DNA of 33,030 nucleotides from a virus: IMG/VR virus record IMGVR_UViG_3300025860_000001; one strand, 5' to 3'. Shown piece by piece: positions 32,018 to 33,030 of this stretch (position 1 is its first letter; each line of letters starts with the position of its first letter). The notes under the pieces were generated by a model. It saw only the letters and a program-made list of their open reading frames with translations, ran no database searches and was not told where the DNA came from. The position numbers and the translations under genes were made by a program.

Positions 32018-32289
32018 ATTGCATCAGCCCATTTGCTCATTGGCAATCGTGATAAGCGCAAACTCAAGCGCAAATCCCACGCGCATTTCTTTTCATGCAA
32101 CGGGCTGAATTTATAAGCAGGGTTATCAATCAACAAATACTCGTTTAATGGGTATCGGTTGCGCTGGCACTTCATTATCAATGTCACATGATAAAGTGGC
32201 ATATCATATTTTTTGGCAATTTCTGCTGACAACATGCCAGCGTTTTTGCGCTTAACTATTGACTGACACTGCTCTAAGGTTAAACTCAT
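32014..32289 (-). CDS. HTH protein (91 aa)
   Basis: GMLSAEIAKKYDMPLYHVTLIMK is an HTH-like segment. ATGA coupling. Confidence 0.5.
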   Translation of the reverse strand: MSLTLEQCQSIVKRKNAGMLSAEIAKKYDMPLYHVTLIMKCQRNRYPLNEYLLIDNPAYKFSPLHEKKCAWDLRLSLRLSRLPMSKWADAI

Positions 32290-32534
32290 GCGACTTTCAA
32301 TAGGCCACGTTTAACTTTATGTGTGGTGTCATTGCCAGCCTCAATAATGCTGTTTTTATCAAGCAATTCACGAACACGACCCGTTACCCGATTAATCTCC
32401 CAACCTAAATTTGCAGCAATGTCTTGACGAGTAATTGGCTGGCTTTCTCTAATCACCCTCAACACCTCAATACATGCCTGACCAGTAACGGGGGCAATTG
32501 ATGCTAAAGCGGCTCTGCTATTTGAATGAATCAT
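32286..32534 (-). CDS. Winged-helix DNA-binding protein (82 aa)
   Basis: IEVLRVIRESQPITRQDIAANLGWEINRVTGRVRELLDKNSII is a MarR-like wHTH pattern. Confidence 0.55.
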   Translation of the reverse strand: MIHSNSRAALASIAPVTGQACIEVLRVIRESQPITRQDIAANLGWEINRVTGRVRELLDKNSIIEAGNDTTHKVKRGLLKVA

Positions 32535-32710
32535 GCGACTTTCCTTTGCTTGTTATATTTGGCCCTTGCACTGGGATTAAGTTGTGATTTGATAATGTGA
32601 GTTAAGCCTCCACTTTCGCCCCACTTCGCTTTATGAACTGGGCCTTTGTAACTAGGTAACAATTCTTTGTAATCGCTTTTTAATTTTGGCTTTGCTAAAT
32701 AATCTTTCAT
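32531..32710 (-). CDS. Hypothetical 59-aa basic protein (below ORF-track cutoff)
   Basis: ATGA overlaps at both ends. Reads MKDYLAKPKLKSDYKELLPSYKGPVHKAKWGESGGLTHIIKSQLNPSARAKYNKQRKVA. Confidence 0.45.
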   Translation of the reverse strand: MKDYLAKPKLKSDYKELLPSYKGPVHKAKWGESGGLTHIIKSQLNPSARAKYNKQRKVA

Positions 32711-33030
32711 GCAAACAATCCTTTTAATGCTGCCGCTTGTTGTGTTCCGTAATCGCGTTCTTCATCGGTTAACTGCTTGGTAATCATTAAGGGGGCTGAC
32801 CTTGCTTGTATCGCTTGTTGATTAGAAATCATGTTTTGTTCTTCACCGCCTCTGGCTCTGCCTAAACACATATTTCTAAAGTCGGTGGCTGATGGAGGCC
32901 ATGATTCTGTCCAATCTTGTAGCGCATCAATGCCAGCTTTAAATTGCTTGCCGTTCAAGTCCTCAAGAAAAGAAGTCCAACTGCCGTTATCAGAAAAATC
33001 ATGGCTGCTAGTCCACTTGTGACCAAATAG
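32707..33030 (-). CDS. Replication protein P-like (3' 108 codons; the gene continues across the circular junction to ATG 136-134)
   Basis: KAGIDALQDWTESWPPSATDFRNMCLGR parallels lambda P NAGMRVARRQNRPFLPSPGQFVAWCRE. Lies directly downstream of the O-like gene. Confidence 0.5.
   Translation of the reverse strand, partial: LFGHKWTSSHDFSDNGSWTSFLEDLNGKQFKAGIDALQDWTESWPPSATDFRNMCLGRARGGEEQNMISNQQAIQARSAPLMITKQLTDEERDYGTQQAAALKGLFA
32904..33030. repeat. Terminal overlap copy 2 (identical to 1-127)
   Basis: Same 127-nt string as the window start. The length is typical of an assembler k-mer overlap on a circular contig. Confidence 0.97.

Larger units (their letters stand above)
1..32903. mobile_element. 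Complete circular temperate phage genome (unit length 32,903 bp)
   Basis: An exact 127-nt terminal overlap closes the circle. Integrase+attP, cI/cro switch, replication, recombination, packaging, virion and lysis modules are present, with no cellular housekeeping genes. Confidence 0.85.

Overview
This window is a complete, circularly closed temperate phage genome written linearly. Nt 1-127 are identical to nt 32904-33030, so the unit genome is 32,903 bp, and one gene (replication P-like) is split across the window ends.

Layout:
(i) A lambdoid immunity switch with divergent cro (1245-1442, -) and cI (1589-2218, +).
(ii) A + strand early-left operon (2582-7162) with Erf recombinase, a 99-aa protein carrying an SSB C-terminal tip, many small unknowns, a DUF4224/Xis-like gene and a tyrosine integrase. 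It ends at attP, whose core is the 3' half of tRNA-Cys(GCA) (7260-7308) flanked by TTAGGCG arm repeats.
(iii) A separately promoted + strand accessory operon (7713-10167) with a SprT-like HExxH protease, small acidic proteins, and Myb-like and RHH regulators.
(iv) One almost gap-free ~24-kb minus-strand unit: cro, RHH, O-like (with internal iteron-like repeats), P-like, wHTH/HTH, NinB, NinG, TerS, TerL, virion genes, lysis cassette (10194-11643).

There is no tape measure, sheath/tube or polymerase gene, so a short-tailed virion with an SU10-type capsid is inferred.

Most notable observations:
- A 526-aa virion-block protein fuses a diphtheria-toxin/PARP-like (H-Y-E) ADP-ribosyltransferase signature to a GNAT acetyltransferase. 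A translationally coupled 25-aa poly-Lys micro-ORF precedes it.
- A second Lys-rich micro-ORF lies beside an 83-aa basic protein.
- The CI repressor has both S24 catalytic residues (Ser, Lys) substituted (Val, Arg).
- The accessory operon has anti-defence-like architecture.

All family names rest on motif recognition by eye. No database search was possible.
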